A stretch of DNA of 63,998 bases, filler included, from Candidatus Babelota bacterium (GTDB taxonomy: Bacteria > JAGOBX01), in assembly GCA_017999075.1 (NCBI GenBank). It is 8 parts of 8 records of this genome, joined end to end, with 100 filler letters (N's around TTAATTAATTAA, not from the genome) between each part and the next. Parts side by side here need not be neighbours in the genome. Positions count along the whole stretch, not along the records: positions 42,008 to 57,619 come from JAGOBX010000023.1; positions 57,720 to 61,027 come from JAGOBX010000465.1; positions 61,128 to 63,998 come from JAGOBX010000536.1; 5 more parts are not named here. The stretch is one strand, 5' to 3'. A program made the position numbers and the translations under genes. Shown here piece by piece: positions 51,301 to 63,302 of this stretch. A model generated the notes under the pieces. That model did no database searches, was not told where the DNA came from, and saw nothing but the letters and a program-made list of their open reading frames with translations. How positions within the stretch are numbered: the first letter of the stretch is position 1; every line of letters begins with the position of its first letter.

Positions 51301-54300
51301 ATTGACACTTTAACTTTAGATGTATCACTGACTGACAACGTCAAAAACTGAAAAGAATCATACGAATTAGAATCTTTTATATTCGATGAATCAAGAACAA
51401 CATAAAAAGAAATGGAATCTTCCTGTGTAAAATATGAATTCGAGGACATTGTTATCGTTGGAGGGGTATTTGTATATGCTGTTATTGTATCATAAAAAAT
51501 TCTGTCAAACGAATCAATTAATTTTACAACAATTTTATTTTCATAACCTGATAATGTTGCGGTGCCGCTCCAAATTCCTCCTGCAGACTGAACAAAAATT
51601 TCCGAATGTAAAATATCGTTAACATAAATCTGAACAGTATCCTCAGAATGGGTTTGAAATGTTGTTCCGGAAACAATTATACTGGCGGAAAATGTATCAT
51701 AATTATTCTGCGGAAAAGTTATTGAAACACATGTAAATCCAAAATAATTTACAGCAACTGTGTCATACGTAGCATTATTTCCGCTGCCAGTCAGCAGTTT
51801 AGCAATAATCGAATCACCCGGAGAATTCAAACTAACAGTTCCTGACCAGTTTGAATTAGCGGAAGTTATATGATACAAAGATTGCAATACAGAAGAATTA
51901 TATAAAAACACAGTATCTCCTGATTGAGAATTTAATGAAGTTCCATAAACAGTAATAATTTGACTGGAAGTATCAGTATTATTAAACGAATTTAAAATTT
52001 TTATTTCAATATGCGTATCAGGTAAAATAATATCTGTAACTTGCCTGATCAATGAAACGAATGTTGTTTCACCCATTATGTTCAAACTGCCTGTGCATAC
52101 TACTTCAATAGTATCTCCATTCCGCGCCATAAGTATATTGTCATTTAACAAACTATATTCCTCATTTAAACGTGGATACGTAAACTTCAAAGTATCAATT
52201 CTATAAATTTCCGAAGCTATTGATGTTTCAGTTAAATAAAAATTTATGTTTTCGCCTGTCCTTAAATTTGTAATTCTAACCGGAACAGTGTCTATCAGTA
52301 ATTCCGAACTTCGCCCTGAATTGCCGTAAACCTGAATATAAAAATTTTTATCAATCGAAAAATCCGCTGTATCTTCTTCATTAAACTCTTCATTCATAAT
52401 TTTCAGATCTATAACTTCCGGATGCCTGTTAGATGCAGAAGCGAATAAAACAACTTTACTGCTCACATTAGACTGTATAATTTTATTATACGCTACTGCT
52501 TCAACAGTATCTCCTTTTAAAATATGAAATAATTGATTGGTTTGATCAGTATAATTTGGTGTATCCGGACTTATATAAGTTACAAGTGTTGGAATATTTA
52601 AAGGATCAACAACATACTGATTTGAAGCTGCATCAGTTTCAATCAACCTTATTTCAAGATCTGCAGAACCATATTCGGAAAGGAAAGCATAACCTGAAGT
52701 ATCCTGAAATATCTGACTTTTAGGATTGACGTTAAGTCTAATATAAATTTCATCGCGCAAAACATCGTTAGAATAATTAGATAAATATATTGAACCAAAC
52801 CATGTGTCTGGATAATCTAAATTATCGCAGGCTTTAATATACAGCTTATTAAATGGAGATTCCGCAGTTCTTTCTGAAGGAGTTAATATAAAATAATAAT
52901 TTGAAGAATCATAAATATTTATAGAATCAATATTAATCGGAGAAAGAGGAAAAGCTATAAACGATGTATCGCACGCATATTTATCCGGTTCATCTATATC
53001 TATGGGAGGTTTGTTCCCAGAAAGAACGCTATTGTATATATTAAATGAATGCCGTTTAACAGGTTCTGCAACAAGTATGTGATACTGATAATTTGTCTGG
53101 TCTATAACTAAATTAGTATGAAGTTCCGGAATATCATTATCAGATACTATTGATTTTACATCATCTCTATTGGTATAAATTCCTGAATTTGCAGCAGTTT
53201 CTACCATTCTAATATTTATTACATTAAAAGAATCCGAATCATATCCTGCATCCGCGCACCCGTCTAAATTATCTGAATTTGCCTGCTGCACATCTATTAT
53301 TCCAAAATTATCAGTTTTATACAATTTTACTGTTACATCAAATGTATCGGCAAATAAATCTGAAGATGTAAGTGTGTCAGCAAATGCCCGTAAATAAATA
53401 TATTTTAAGTTCGAAAGATTGCTTTCTATTGATTGTCCTAAGGTAAGATGCGGAGTTTTCAATATTTCAATATAATTCGAATCAGTCATAAAATCTATTT
53501 GGTATATAAAATCCGGCTGATCGAATTCATAATTACATCCTGAATCAGTCTGATTTACAGCACAATAAACCGCATCAGAAAACCAGCTTTCATTCAAATA
53601 TTTTTTTCCATTTACTATATGAGTGTCAAAAGATGTTATTCTATAGTAATATGTTTCACCTGAAATAATATTGGTATCAACATATTGTAATGTTAACAAA
53701 GATACAGTATCAATCATGAATTTATACCAGTCATTTGTATCAGATTGTTTACATTTGAATATATGAAAACCATTCAACCCTGATAAAAACAAATTTTGTT
53801 CGTCACTAGTTGGAATTGTCCACGATAGATAAACAGATGTATTTGATAAAACAGACTGAAAATTTGAAGGTGCAGCAGGAGCGACAGTATCTTCTCCTGC
53901 TGTTATATCTATTTGAGATGTTCTGAACGGCAGCCAAGAAATTTTATCTTTATAACTGCCGTGAATATAACCGTATATAACAGATGAATCCGTAGTATTC
54001 CAATAGTTGTAACTAAAATTGCAGTTAGCCGCTGATTCATTCAATACTCCTGAATCAGAATTTATAGATGACGGAATTATATTGTTAAACACAAAAGTTT
54101 CAGATGAGGATGTTCCGCTAATATAAAACGCATATTCTATATTTGAATCAGATGTATTTTGAGAAAAATAATTGTTGTTTGAATTTTCAATTAAAAAACC
54201 TTGTTTATTATTATTTGAACTTTTATTATTCGTAATTCTATTATTATCAGAAAAAACAATATAAAAACCATGCCAACCATTAGAATAACTCAAATTATTA

Positions 54301-57300
54301 ATGATTATGTTATTAGATGAAAAATATGAATTAAAACCTATCGAACTATTACCATAAATTATGTTATTTTTAATTATATTATTATCAGAACCGTTCAATA
54401 AATTTATACCGCGCAAGTTACAGGAATTCACAAATACATTTTCAATATTAGAATAATCCACATTATTCCATTCAATACCATAGCAAGCATCTTTTATTTG
54501 TATATCTTTTATTAAAAGACCTGTTTGAGTATCAGCATATATCCCCTTAACATTTATACTGTCGTTACAATCAATTATTGCATTTAATGAATCAGAGCCT
54601 ATCAATGAAATATTATCAATACTTATGACTATTGTTTCAGAATATATACCTGCATCAATAAAAATTGTGTCTCCAATGCTGCAATTTGCAATTGCCCGAG
54701 TTATCGTTCTGAACGGTGAAGTATTTATGAATCCAAGATTAGTATCGTATCCAACTGCAGTTGTACGAATATCATTTGTTAAAGAAGTATCATTAACATA
54801 CCAAACATTACTGCCTGCTGTGACTATATAATTAATACTTATTATACTTTCCGAATATCTATTAGATTCGTCTATAACTTTAGCAGTAACCGAATTAATC
54901 CCTGGTGATAATGAAATTTCAGAATACCAGTTTCCTGTATCTGTTACTGTAATGGTATTAACCTGATTCGAATTTACATATATTATTATAGAATCTCCAG
55001 GATCAGTAAAAGCAAGAGTTCCCCTTATAATCAGACCGCTCGAATTTGTATCCGAATTATTTTCAGGAATTGTTATACTAATTTGAGGGCCGGCGCTAAT
55101 AAAAAAAGTATCATAAAAAGTAATAGATTCCATTCCTGAAATCAATTTAATATCATAGAACCCAGTAATATTATTATTAAAATTAACGCCGCTTATTGAT
55201 GTTCTTGGAAAATACCCTCCTGCATAGTTATAATCAATAACTCCAAAAGGAGAAACCATTATAGAATAAACTAAATTGTTCGCTATATTATTATCAGCGA
55301 TATTTAAAGAATTTTGATTTATCCCGGAATTATAAAAACCTGATAAACCCGCAATATAAATTGTCATGATTTCTAAACTTTCCGCTCTATCAGGATATAT
55401 CCCGATTTTTTTACGATTACTGTCTAACCAATTCCCCGAAATTTTTTCATTCATTACCAGATATCCGTTGGTTTCAGAAACAATTCCAGCGCTGTTATTA
55501 TAAAAAACATTCCAGCCTTTAGTATCTATGTTGTCTGTAAGATTGAATATCCCATAAAATCTGCCATACCCGCTTCCGTCCGAATCCCAATAATTTATAT
55601 TCTGGCAATTAAGACGAATTCCGCCTATACTGAAACCAGAGCTGTCAGGAGCATTATGACTGGGAAAATAACCATAAACATATATAGTGTCTCCTGAATT
55701 GCCGGTTCCATAATCAGGGAATATACTGAAAGAATAATCATTCATTCCATAATTATTCTTATAATATCCGATATTAAGCAATGAACCATATGTATTTTCT
55801 CCATTATTAAAATCAATTTCAAAACCTATATTTCCAATTTCAGGTAAAACTCCTATTTGCGAACATAATATTTTTTCAAAACCGCCTGAAGCAGATAAAA
55901 TTGAACCATTCAAAGAATTTATTGTCTGCCCGTAAATTTTTATATTAATATTCGAAGCAGATCTGTTTTTTGAAGAAAAACACGAAACATAAAAAACATT
56001 ATTTAAATTCACTGAACCGCTGAATAAAAGATCCGGATAAACTCCTAATATCATAGTATCATTATAAACGCTATTAGAAGCTGCATATTTTTTATACATT
56101 ACCAGATAACCGCTATCATCATTAAATGCTATATTGGCTCCCTGTTTGATGGATTGAAATCCCTTCTTATTAAAACCTGAAGAAAAAATAAATTCACATA
56201 TATATTCATAATAATTATTATCTGAAAATTTATGGTAAGAAATATTTTCATTTTGCTGAAGAGTAACATCCCCGATTTTAAAAGGAAGAACATCATTTTC
56301 CGACTTATTGACAGAAATACCTCTGACATATACTGAATCTCCTGCCTCTCCTAAACCATAATCAGGATAAATGCATAGTATTGATGGATACCCTGAATTT
56401 TTTTCATATCCGATTATTATACCCTGCGTATCTACAAAAATAAAATTTTTTGAAGAACCTGAAGAAGTTAAGACAACTTCAAAATTATTAAATCCTTTTT
56501 TTGAAGGCGCTGCATTACCAGCGTCAACTGATGTTAAAATAAATCCGCCGGAATAATCATTTTTATCTATAAAATCAAAAACAGATGATTCCCAAGAACC
56601 AATTTTTATTTTATAATAAAGATACTGATTTAAATCACCAGAATAAAATTTATTAAATCCTTTAAATCCTGCTATGAAAAAATCACTGAAATAATTTGAA
56701 CCTGTTGAAATAATTTCAGGCCAGATGCCTATAACTGTATTATTAGCCGGATCATTTTTTTTATGCATAACTAAAAACGAATCGGAAAATATTTGGTTGT
56801 TGGTATAAATAGAAACCCAACCTTTTGTATCAATATTTTCTGTAAGATAAAAAGAACCATAATAATTAACGCTATTATCAGTATAATTCCAAAAATTAGC
56901 ATTGATAGTCAACAGATTTATTCCGGCAATATTAAAATTATTTAAGAAATCAAAATTACCATAATTTATCAATGATGTATTATAACCTCTAATATATATA
57001 GTTTCTCCTCTTTCACCCAATCCGTAATTAGGAAAAAAACAAACAGCATTTCCTCCAATATTCCCATAATAACCTGCAAGAATACCATTTGTATCATTAA
57101 AATAAATATTATTCTGATTATTTTGTACATCTTCAAAATATATACTGTTCCATCCATATTTGCTTGAAGAAGCTGAAAGTTTGGTAAGTATAAATTTTCC
57201 ATCAGCAGAAGAATTAATACTTCCTGCAGTTATGCCAGATGCATTGATTTGAATACCATAATTTATTACATTAGAGTTGAATCCAGAAAATCCAGCGATA

Positions 57301-57619
57301 TAAAAATAATCACTAATTCCTGCTGCTATCATTTCAGGATATATTCCGATTATTGCGCCGCAGTTTGCAGAAAAGCCTTCTTTTTTAAACATAATCAATA
57401 TTCCATTAGTATCATAAAAATAAGCCGGAGAACCATTTTCAGGAAAAATGGTAAGTGAATTCCAGCCTTTTTTATCATAATCAGAAGAGAGCACTGCTCT
57501 TATAATATCAAATCCTCCTGACGGTTTTATCCATGCGCTGTCAACCAAATTTAAAAATGAAGTTTCGATTGAAAAATTCACAATTTTATTTTCTGAGCTA
57601 TTGTTAAATCCTCCAATGC
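48339..57619 (-). CDS. Giant (>3090 aa) surface protein: N-terminal repeats, Ig-like domains, NosD/right-handed beta-helix, FN3 and cadherin-like domains, T9SS-CTD/FlgD-Ig-like C-terminus; 5' partial
   Basis: WYVND...PFRTI..A...GDTIFIDAGIY followed by NN-rich beta-helix; DTVAPAAP..YYYRITSFD; HFSLF; PNPF...IYTVDG...WDAKNDQGQEVSSGVYIF. Confidence 0.85.
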
Positions 57620-57719
57620 NNNNNNNNNNNNNNNNNNNNNNNNNNNNNNNNNNNNNNNNNNNNTTAATTAATTAANNNNNNNNNNNNNNNNNNNNNNNNN
57701 NNNNNNNNNNNNNNNNNNN
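57620..57719. other. Artificial contig linker
   Basis: N-run/TTAATTAATTAA/N-run. Confidence 0.99.
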
Positions 57720-57748
57720 GGATATATGATTTTGTAAGAGAAGAAGTT

Positions 57749-59056
57749 ATGAACCGCGATAAATTTTCTGAACTTGGATGGTGGCAGATTGAAAACCGGC
57801 TGAAGAATGAATTTGATATAATAATTCCCACTAAAATTCTGGAAAATGTTCAAAAATATTATGTTAGAGCTTTAATAGACAAAAATTTAAAGAAATATTC
57901 GAATTTCACCAATTTTGTGAAAATTTACAAAATTCCTAAGAATGTTTTGAATTATGGAAAACGGTATTTTAACGACCAGAAAAAAAGATTGAAAAAGAAT
58001 CAGGGGACTAAATCAGTTTCATCTGCCAATATAAATATAAATAGAGAAGTAAATGAATATAGTTTTGTGCGTCCTGAAGTTAAGATACCTGAAGACACTT
58101 CTGCGGTAATAAAATTGCCGGAAATTCAAAAAAATGAATTTGAAAATTATCATAATAAAAATTCTAATTCCAAAGTTTTGATAGAACCTTTAAATCTTGA
58201 AGCATACGATACTTTTATAAAATCCGGATTTTATTCGGAACAAACCGGAACAGATGATGAATTTGAAAAAAAACTTGATGCATTCAATAAATCGCTTCAG
58301 AATTTTAAAGAACAGTCTGATAAATCCGAAAAAGAATTTACAGTAAAAAAAGTTGATCCGAAATTGTTTGAAAATCCTTCTCTTGAAAAAGCAAACAGAA
58401 TTTTTTCTGAAATCAAACAGTCAATAGATAAAAATGAATATAACGATCTTGAAGCCAGAGTGCGCACCACAATTGATAAAACCAGTGAAAATATGGGTTC
58501 GGATAAAATTGAAAACAATGATCTTAATTTGCTGAAAAAAGATCTTGAACTTGCAATGGAACAGATAACAAATCTTAATGACGGTATAAAAAATTTTTTG
58601 TCACAGGTGGATTCAAGGTATGACGCTAAACTTCAGGCTGCTTTAAAAGAAAACCAGAGACTGAGTCAGCAGCTTGATAATGCCAATAAACTTGCTTCAA
58701 CTTTGAAAGAACATCTGTTGAAAAAACTTGATGAATCATATAAACAAAATTCGGTTTTGAATAAAAAAAATCTGAGTTTGGCTGACAATATGATTGAACT
58801 TAGCGATATTCTTAAGGAATACCAGAATCAGAATGCGGAACTTACTGAACTTTTGAGAAAATCTGTAAATGAAATTGAACGGTTGAGAAATGAAAATAAA
58901 CAATTGCTTGTAAAACTAAATGTTGAATTTGAAGAATTGAAAAAGGAAAATAAGATTTTAAAAGAACGTTTGGATATTCAAACCCAATCAATTTCGGCTC
59001 CGAGAACAGAATTTAATCTTGAATTTAAAAACAGAGCGGTGCAGACTTTAAAATGA
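57749..59056 (+). CDS. Hypothetical coiled-coil protein (possibly 5' partial)
   Basis: Long E/K/L/Q heptad region in the C-terminal half; frame also open upstream to the contig start. Confidence 0.7.
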   Translation: MNRDKFSELGWWQIENRLKNEFDIIIPTKILENVQKYYVRALIDKNLKKYSNFTNFVKIYKIPKNVLNYGKRYFNDQKKRLKKNQGTKSVSSANININREVNEYSFVRPEVKIPEDTSAVIKLPEIQKNEFENYHNKNSNSKVLIEPLNLEAYDTFIKSGFYSEQTGTDDEFEKKLDAFNKSLQNFKEQSDKSEKEFTVKKVDPKLFENPSLEKANRIFSEIKQSIDKNEYNDLEARVRTTIDKTSENMGSDKIENNDLNLLKKDLELAMEQITNLNDGIKNFLSQVDSRYDAKLQAALKENQRLSQQLDNANKLASTLKEHLLKKLDESYKQNSVLNKKNLSLADNMIELSDILKEYQNQNAELTELLRKSVNEIERLRNENKQLLVKLNVEFEELKKENKILKERLDIQTQSISAPRTEFNLEFKNRAVQTLK

Positions 59057-59589
59057 AATTTTTTAAAAAATTTATATTAATTGTTTTTATTGTGTTTGCT
59101 TTGCAGTATTCATTGTGGGCTAAATACTGCGAAGTTTGTAAAAAAAATTATTCTGAAAAATTTAATTTTTGTCCTGTTCATGGAAAAAATCTTAGGATCA
59201 ATCCGACACTGATAAAGATTATTCCTGAAAAAAAAAATGACAATAAAATATCGGAGATTGTAAAAAAAAATATTGATGAAGATAACGCTGTAAAAAAAAT
59301 TATTGAGGATAATGAAAAAGAAAAACTGAAAAAAGAACTGTCTCTGAATACATATGATTATGACAAAACAATTAGTCTTATTAAATTGTATTTTGACAAA
59401 GATAAGAAATTAGCCGGTTTTTTGCTCGAATATTTGTATGAATTGTACCCTGAGGATATAGAACTTCTTAAGATTTACAGCTCGTATCTGTTAAGTATTG
59501 ATGAATTTGATAAAGCTCAGAAGTTCCTTGAAAAAGCAGAAATGATTATTTCTAAAAAAATTCGGGAGAAAGAAAATGAAAAAAACTAA
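59053..59589 (+). CDS. Secreted hypothetical protein with zinc-ribbon-like motif and TPR-like C-terminus
   Basis: Signal peptide MKFFKKF...SLWA; CEVC-x9-CPVH; helical YPED...AQKFLEKA. Confidence 0.65.
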   Translation: MKFFKKFILIVFIVFALQYSLWAKYCEVCKKNYSEKFNFCPVHGKNLRINPTLIKIIPEKKNDNKISEIVKKNIDEDNAVKKIIEDNEKEKLKKELSLNTYDYDKTISLIKLYFDKDKKLAGFLLEYLYELYPEDIELLKIYSSYLLSIDEFDKAQKFLEKAEMIISKKIREKENEKN

Positions 59590-60640
59590 GTTCGGGATAG
59601 TAGGGTGCGGGAGAATATCAAAACGCCATCTCGAAGTTCTTACAAATCTTGAAAATGCTGAAGTTGCTGCAGTTTGCGATATAATAAAAGAAAAATCCGA
59701 AGATGCAGGGAAAAAATATAATGTCCCTTATTATTTGTCATATGATGAAATGCTGACTAAACATAGAGATATTGAAGTTGTAAATATATTGCTGCCCAGC
59801 GGATTGCATGCTTCTGCAGGAATTGATATAATTGAAAAATATAAAAAGCATCTTGTTATTGAAAAACCTATGGCATTGAGAATGGATGAGGCGGACAAAC
59901 TTATTTCTTCTGCAAATGAAAATAATATTAAACTTTTTGTGGTGAAACAGAACAGATATAACCTGCCTGTAAAAAAATTGAAAGAAGCTGTGGTGTCGGG
60001 AAAATTTGGGAAGATAGTCCTTGCAACAGTGAGGGTAAGATGGTGCAGAGATGAAAGTTATTATAAATCGGATAATTGGCGCGGCACTTGGAAATATGAT
60101 GGCGGAGTTTTAACGAATCAGGCGAGTCATCATATAGATTTGCTTCAATGGCTGGCAGGACCTGTTGAAAGTGTTATAGCAAAAACAACTACCGCTCTTA
60201 ATAATATTGAAGTTGAAGATACTGCTGCTGTAATAATGAAATTTCAAAGCGGAGCACTTGGAATAGTTGAAGCTACCACTTGCGCCAGACCTGTTGACCT
60301 TGAAGGTTCTCTTAGTATTTTGGGGGAATGCGGAACAGTTGAAATAAGCGGGTTTGCAGTAAATAAAATGAAAACATGGATATTTAAAAATGAATTGAAA
60401 GAAGAAAGTGAAAATGTTATTAAAGAGTTTCAGCAGAATCCTCCTAATGTTTATGGGTTCGGTCATAGTGAATATTTGAAAAATGTTATAGAATGCGTAC
60501 AGAAAAATGTTAGAATACCTGTTGATGGAATCGAAGGCAGAAAATCAATTGAACTGATAAATGCAATTTACGAGTCGGTTGAAACCGGAAAAGAAGTTTA
60601 TATACATTTTAAACCGAAATATTGCAAGCTTGGATATTAA
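59576..60640 (+). CDS. Gfo/Idh/MocA oxidoreductase, WlbA/WbpB-like (UDP-GlcNAcA 3-dehydrogenase)
   Basis: GIVGCGRIS, PSGLH, EKPMA, VKQNRYN, WRGTWKYDGG, NQASHHIDL, VYGFGH. Confidence 0.9.
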   Translation: MKKTKFGIVGCGRISKRHLEVLTNLENAEVAAVCDIIKEKSEDAGKKYNVPYYLSYDEMLTKHRDIEVVNILLPSGLHASAGIDIIEKYKKHLVIEKPMALRMDEADKLISSANENNIKLFVVKQNRYNLPVKKLKEAVVSGKFGKIVLATVRVRWCRDESYYKSDNWRGTWKYDGGVLTNQASHHIDLLQWLAGPVESVIAKTTTALNNIEVEDTAAVIMKFQSGALGIVEATTCARPVDLEGSLSILGECGTVEISGFAVNKMKTWIFKNELKEESENVIKEFQQNPPNVYGFGHSEYLKNVIECVQKNVRIPVDGIEGRKSIELINAIYESVETGKEVYIHFKPKYCKLGY

Positions 60641-60659
60641 TTTTTTTTGATATCAAATT

Positions 60660-61027
60660 ATGGATTCCAATATAATAAATTTTATTAATCAGATAGATGT
60701 TCCTTCCTGTATAGTAAGATTAAACGGTGAAATTCTGTCCTTTAATATGATGTTTAAAGAACTTTTTTTCCCTGATTTTGAAACTGTTAATAATAATATT
60801 CTTACAATTTTTTTTAATAAAGAAGATTATCTTAACATTGTAAAAAATCTTAAAAATTTTAAAAAATTAAAAAAATCTACAATTGTAAGATATAAGGTGA
60901 TTCAGAATGACGGAGAAGAAATAAATCTGTTTGCTGATACTTATTTCAGCGTAGTGGAATATGAAACCAAACCATATATGCTTTTTCGTTTTCATGATGT
61001 CATTCAACTTGTAAATAACCAGATTAA
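60660..61027 (+). CDS. PAS-domain protein, 3' partial
   Basis: P.CIV..NGEIL.FN..F pattern and terminal FHDV; runs into the linker. Confidence 0.55.
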
Positions 61028-61127
61028 NNNNNNNNNNNNNNNNNNNNNNNNNNNNNNNNNNNNNNNNNNNNTTAATTAATTAANNNNNNNNNNNNNNNNN
61101 NNNNNNNNNNNNNNNNNNNNNNNNNNN
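61028..61127. other. Artificial contig linker
   Basis: N-run/TTAATTAATTAA/N-run. Confidence 0.99.
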
Positions 61128-61167
61128 GTGTAATCCTTTTTAAAAAAAAATAAAATTCTATAAAATT

Positions 61168-61212
61168 AAAAAAAACAGCTTGAATTAAAAATTAAAATTC
61201 AAGCTGTTTTTT
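61168..61212 (-). terminator. Rho-independent terminator after ygeY (probably bidirectional)
   Basis: Perfect 17-bp inverted repeat AAAAAACAGCTTGAATT / AATTCAAGCTGTTTTTT with A/T tails on both sides. Confidence 0.85.
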
Positions 61213-61259
61213 ACTTAGATCTCAGAAAATTTTTCAATATTCTGATGCAATTTTCAGAA

Positions 61260-62498
61260 TTATTTTTTCTTTCCTGAAACCTTTTCTGTATAAACTGAAG
61301 GGAATGCAGCATAAAATGAAGCTGCATTAATAAGATCTTTTATAGGAACTTGATCTTCAACCTGGTGAGCATGAATTTCATTTGCAGGACCAAATCCAAT
61401 ACAAGGAACTTTATGCATTCCCATAATTGCTACTCCATTAGTGCTGAATACCCATTTTTTCAATTGAGGTTTTTTCTTAAATACTAAATCATAAGTAGAA
61501 AGACCTGCTTGACATAACTGATGTTTTTCTTCTAATAACCATGTCGGAAAATATTTTTTTGTCGGATATTTCAAACCTGTATATGAAGGGGTATCGTACA
61601 TTAAAACTTCAACTTTAAAATCAGTTGGTTTTAATCCTGCGCGTTTGCAAGCATTTTTAACTTCATCAACAGCTATCTTTTCATTTTCTCCGAGAGTAAG
61701 TCTTCTATCAAGATGAATATAAGCTTCTCCTGCTACAGCGCAAAGAGATGGACTTTTGGAACTTATATGAGAAATTGTAACAGTTCCTTTTCCAAGAAAA
61801 TCATGTTTTTTCAAACGTTCATTCAATTTTTCTATTTCAAGAGCTACTCTGGACATCATATAAACAGCATTTTTTCCGCGTTCTGGAGCGCTGCCATGAC
61901 ATGATTTACCGAAAGTAGTAACTCCGATTTCCATTCTTCCGCGATGACCTCTGTACAAATCAAGGTTTGTTGGTTCGGTAATTATAACACATTCAGGTTT
62001 TGGTATTGATTTTTCTTTTATGATATACTGCCAGCAGAGACCGTCACAGTCTTCTTCCTGAACGCTTCCCACCACATATAATGTATAATCTCCTGTTAAT
62101 TTTAAATCTTTAATAACTTTTCCCGCATAAACCATTGAAACCATTGCAGCTTCCTGATCAGATGCTCCTCTTCCGTAAATAACTCCGTTTTTAATAACAG
62201 GTTTAAACGGTTCACGTTTAGCTTTTTTCCATTCAACTTCACTGCCGACTCCAACAGTATCAATATGGGCATCCATAGCTATGATATGTTTTCCATTTCC
62301 TATTTTACCGAATATGTTTCCCATTTTATCAGTAAAAACTTTATCAAACCCTACTTTTTTCATTTCTTTAGCTATACATTCAATAACCTTTTTTTCCTGG
62401 CAACTTTCTGACGGAATTTTTATCATTTCGCACATAAAGTTAACCATTTCTTTTTCATATTTTTTGGTTTGTTTTAAAATAGCTTGACTATCTAACAT
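61260..62498 (-). CDS. ygeY: YgeY-family M20 metallohydrolase
   Basis: DAHIDTVG, GRGASDQ, VQEEDCDGLCW, TEPT, GHRGRMEI, SCHGSAPERG, FSTNGV, GFGP..E..AH. Confidence 0.9.
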   Translation of the reverse strand: MLDSQAILKQTKKYEKEMVNFMCEMIKIPSESCQEKKVIECIAKEMKKVGFDKVFTDKMGNIFGKIGNGKHIIAMDAHIDTVGVGSEVEWKKAKREPFKPVIKNGVIYGRGASDQEAAMVSMVYAGKVIKDLKLTGDYTLYVVGSVQEEDCDGLCWQYIIKEKSIPKPECVIITEPTNLDLYRGHRGRMEIGVTTFGKSCHGSAPERGKNAVYMMSRVALEIEKLNERLKKHDFLGKGTVTISHISSKSPSLCAVAGEAYIHLDRRLTLGENEKIAVDEVKNACKRAGLKPTDFKVEVLMYDTPSYTGLKYPTKKYFPTWLLEEKHQLCQAGLSTYDLVFKKKPQLKKWVFSTNGVAIMGMHKVPCIGFGPANEIHAHQVEDQVPIKDLINAASFYAAFPSVYTEKVSGKKK

Positions 62499-62535
62499 AA
62501 ATATAACACCTCGTAAATTAAAATATATTTTAAAA

Positions 62536-62772
62536 TTATTTTTTTAAATTAAACATATTTCCAAGACTGCTTAATTTAACAGGAGGAGCAGATTGTTTTG
62601 CAAGTAAATTTTCACGCTGAATTTCTTCATAAATTTCTTTTCTATGAACAGGTACAGTTCGCGGAGCATTTATCCCGAGTTTAACTTGTTCGCCGTGAAT
62701 ATCAACTATAGTAATTTCTATGTTATCTCCGATAACTATACTTTGATTCCGTTTTCTTGTTAAAACCAACAT
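62536..62772 (-). CDS. csrA: Carbon storage regulator CsrA
   Basis: [18 protein letters not shown]...VKLGINAP...VHRKEIY; extended C-terminus typical of FliW-partnered CsrA. Confidence 0.97.
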   Translation of the reverse strand: MLVLTRKRNQSIVIGDNIEITIVDIHGEQVKLGINAPRTVPVHRKEIYEEIQRENLLAKQSAPPVKLSSLGNMFNLKK

Positions 62773-62775
62773 TTA

Positions 62776-63234
62776 TTATTTACCCTCTTTTGATTGTTTT
62801 TCTTTAAATTCTTCCATTATAAAATGACGTACCGTATATTCCTGAATTTCTGAAATAGCCTGACACGCTAATTTGTTTTTAGGATTTATTATTAATGGCC
62901 CTTGCAGATTTGCAGTCATCATTTGCGGATTATTCTGTGGTATGACAACAATACTGTAACTTATAAGTTCGGTATTATCCGCAGCTTTAATTTTGTTCAA
63001 AAAATCTTTGCCGATTTTTAATTTATAATTATTTTTAAATAAACTCGGGTCTATAACAACAAAAGCAAGTTCCGCATCTTCCACGCATTGAAACCATGCA
63101 AACGGAGCTTCTTCTTCTTTCATAAGAAGTATATATTTTGTCAAATCCGGAAATCCGAATATCCCGTCTATTACAGTAATTATTTCATTCTCGTTTATTT
63201 CAATTTCTCCGAGCGTTTTTGTCTTAATTATCAT
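62776..63234 (-). CDS. fliW: Flagellar assembly factor FliW
   Basis: GIFGF, WFQCVED..LAF.VIDP, TANLQGPLIIN; adjacent to csrA; AGGAG RBS. Confidence 0.95.
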   Translation of the reverse strand: MIIKTKTLGEIEINENEIITVIDGIFGFPDLTKYILLMKEEEAPFAWFQCVEDAELAFVVIDPSLFKNNYKLKIGKDFLNKIKAADNTELISYSIVVIPQNNPQMMTANLQGPLIINPKNKLACQAISEIQEYTVRHFIMEEFKEKQSKEGK

Positions 63235-63302
63235 TTAAACATAACTCCTGAATTATTTTGCATTTAATTAAATCAAAATTAATAATTATATAAAACTAAT
63301 AC

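Noticed and set aside
57749-59056. SMC- or crescentin-like cytoskeletal protein
   Set aside because: Only a generic coiled coil with no Walker motifs; too little evidence to assign.
15809-61127. Seven recurring TTAATTAATTAA elements flanked by N runs, resembling a repeat family
   Set aside because: They are identical 100-nt artificial contig spacers with stops in all frames. ORF tails reading XXXLIN are artefacts, and adjacency across them is meaningless.
3612-62487. Numerous 60-120 aa ORFs overlapping larger genes on the opposite strand or in another frame
   Set aside because: No motifs or RBS recognised, and nearly all are nested in well-supported CDSs; expected by chance.
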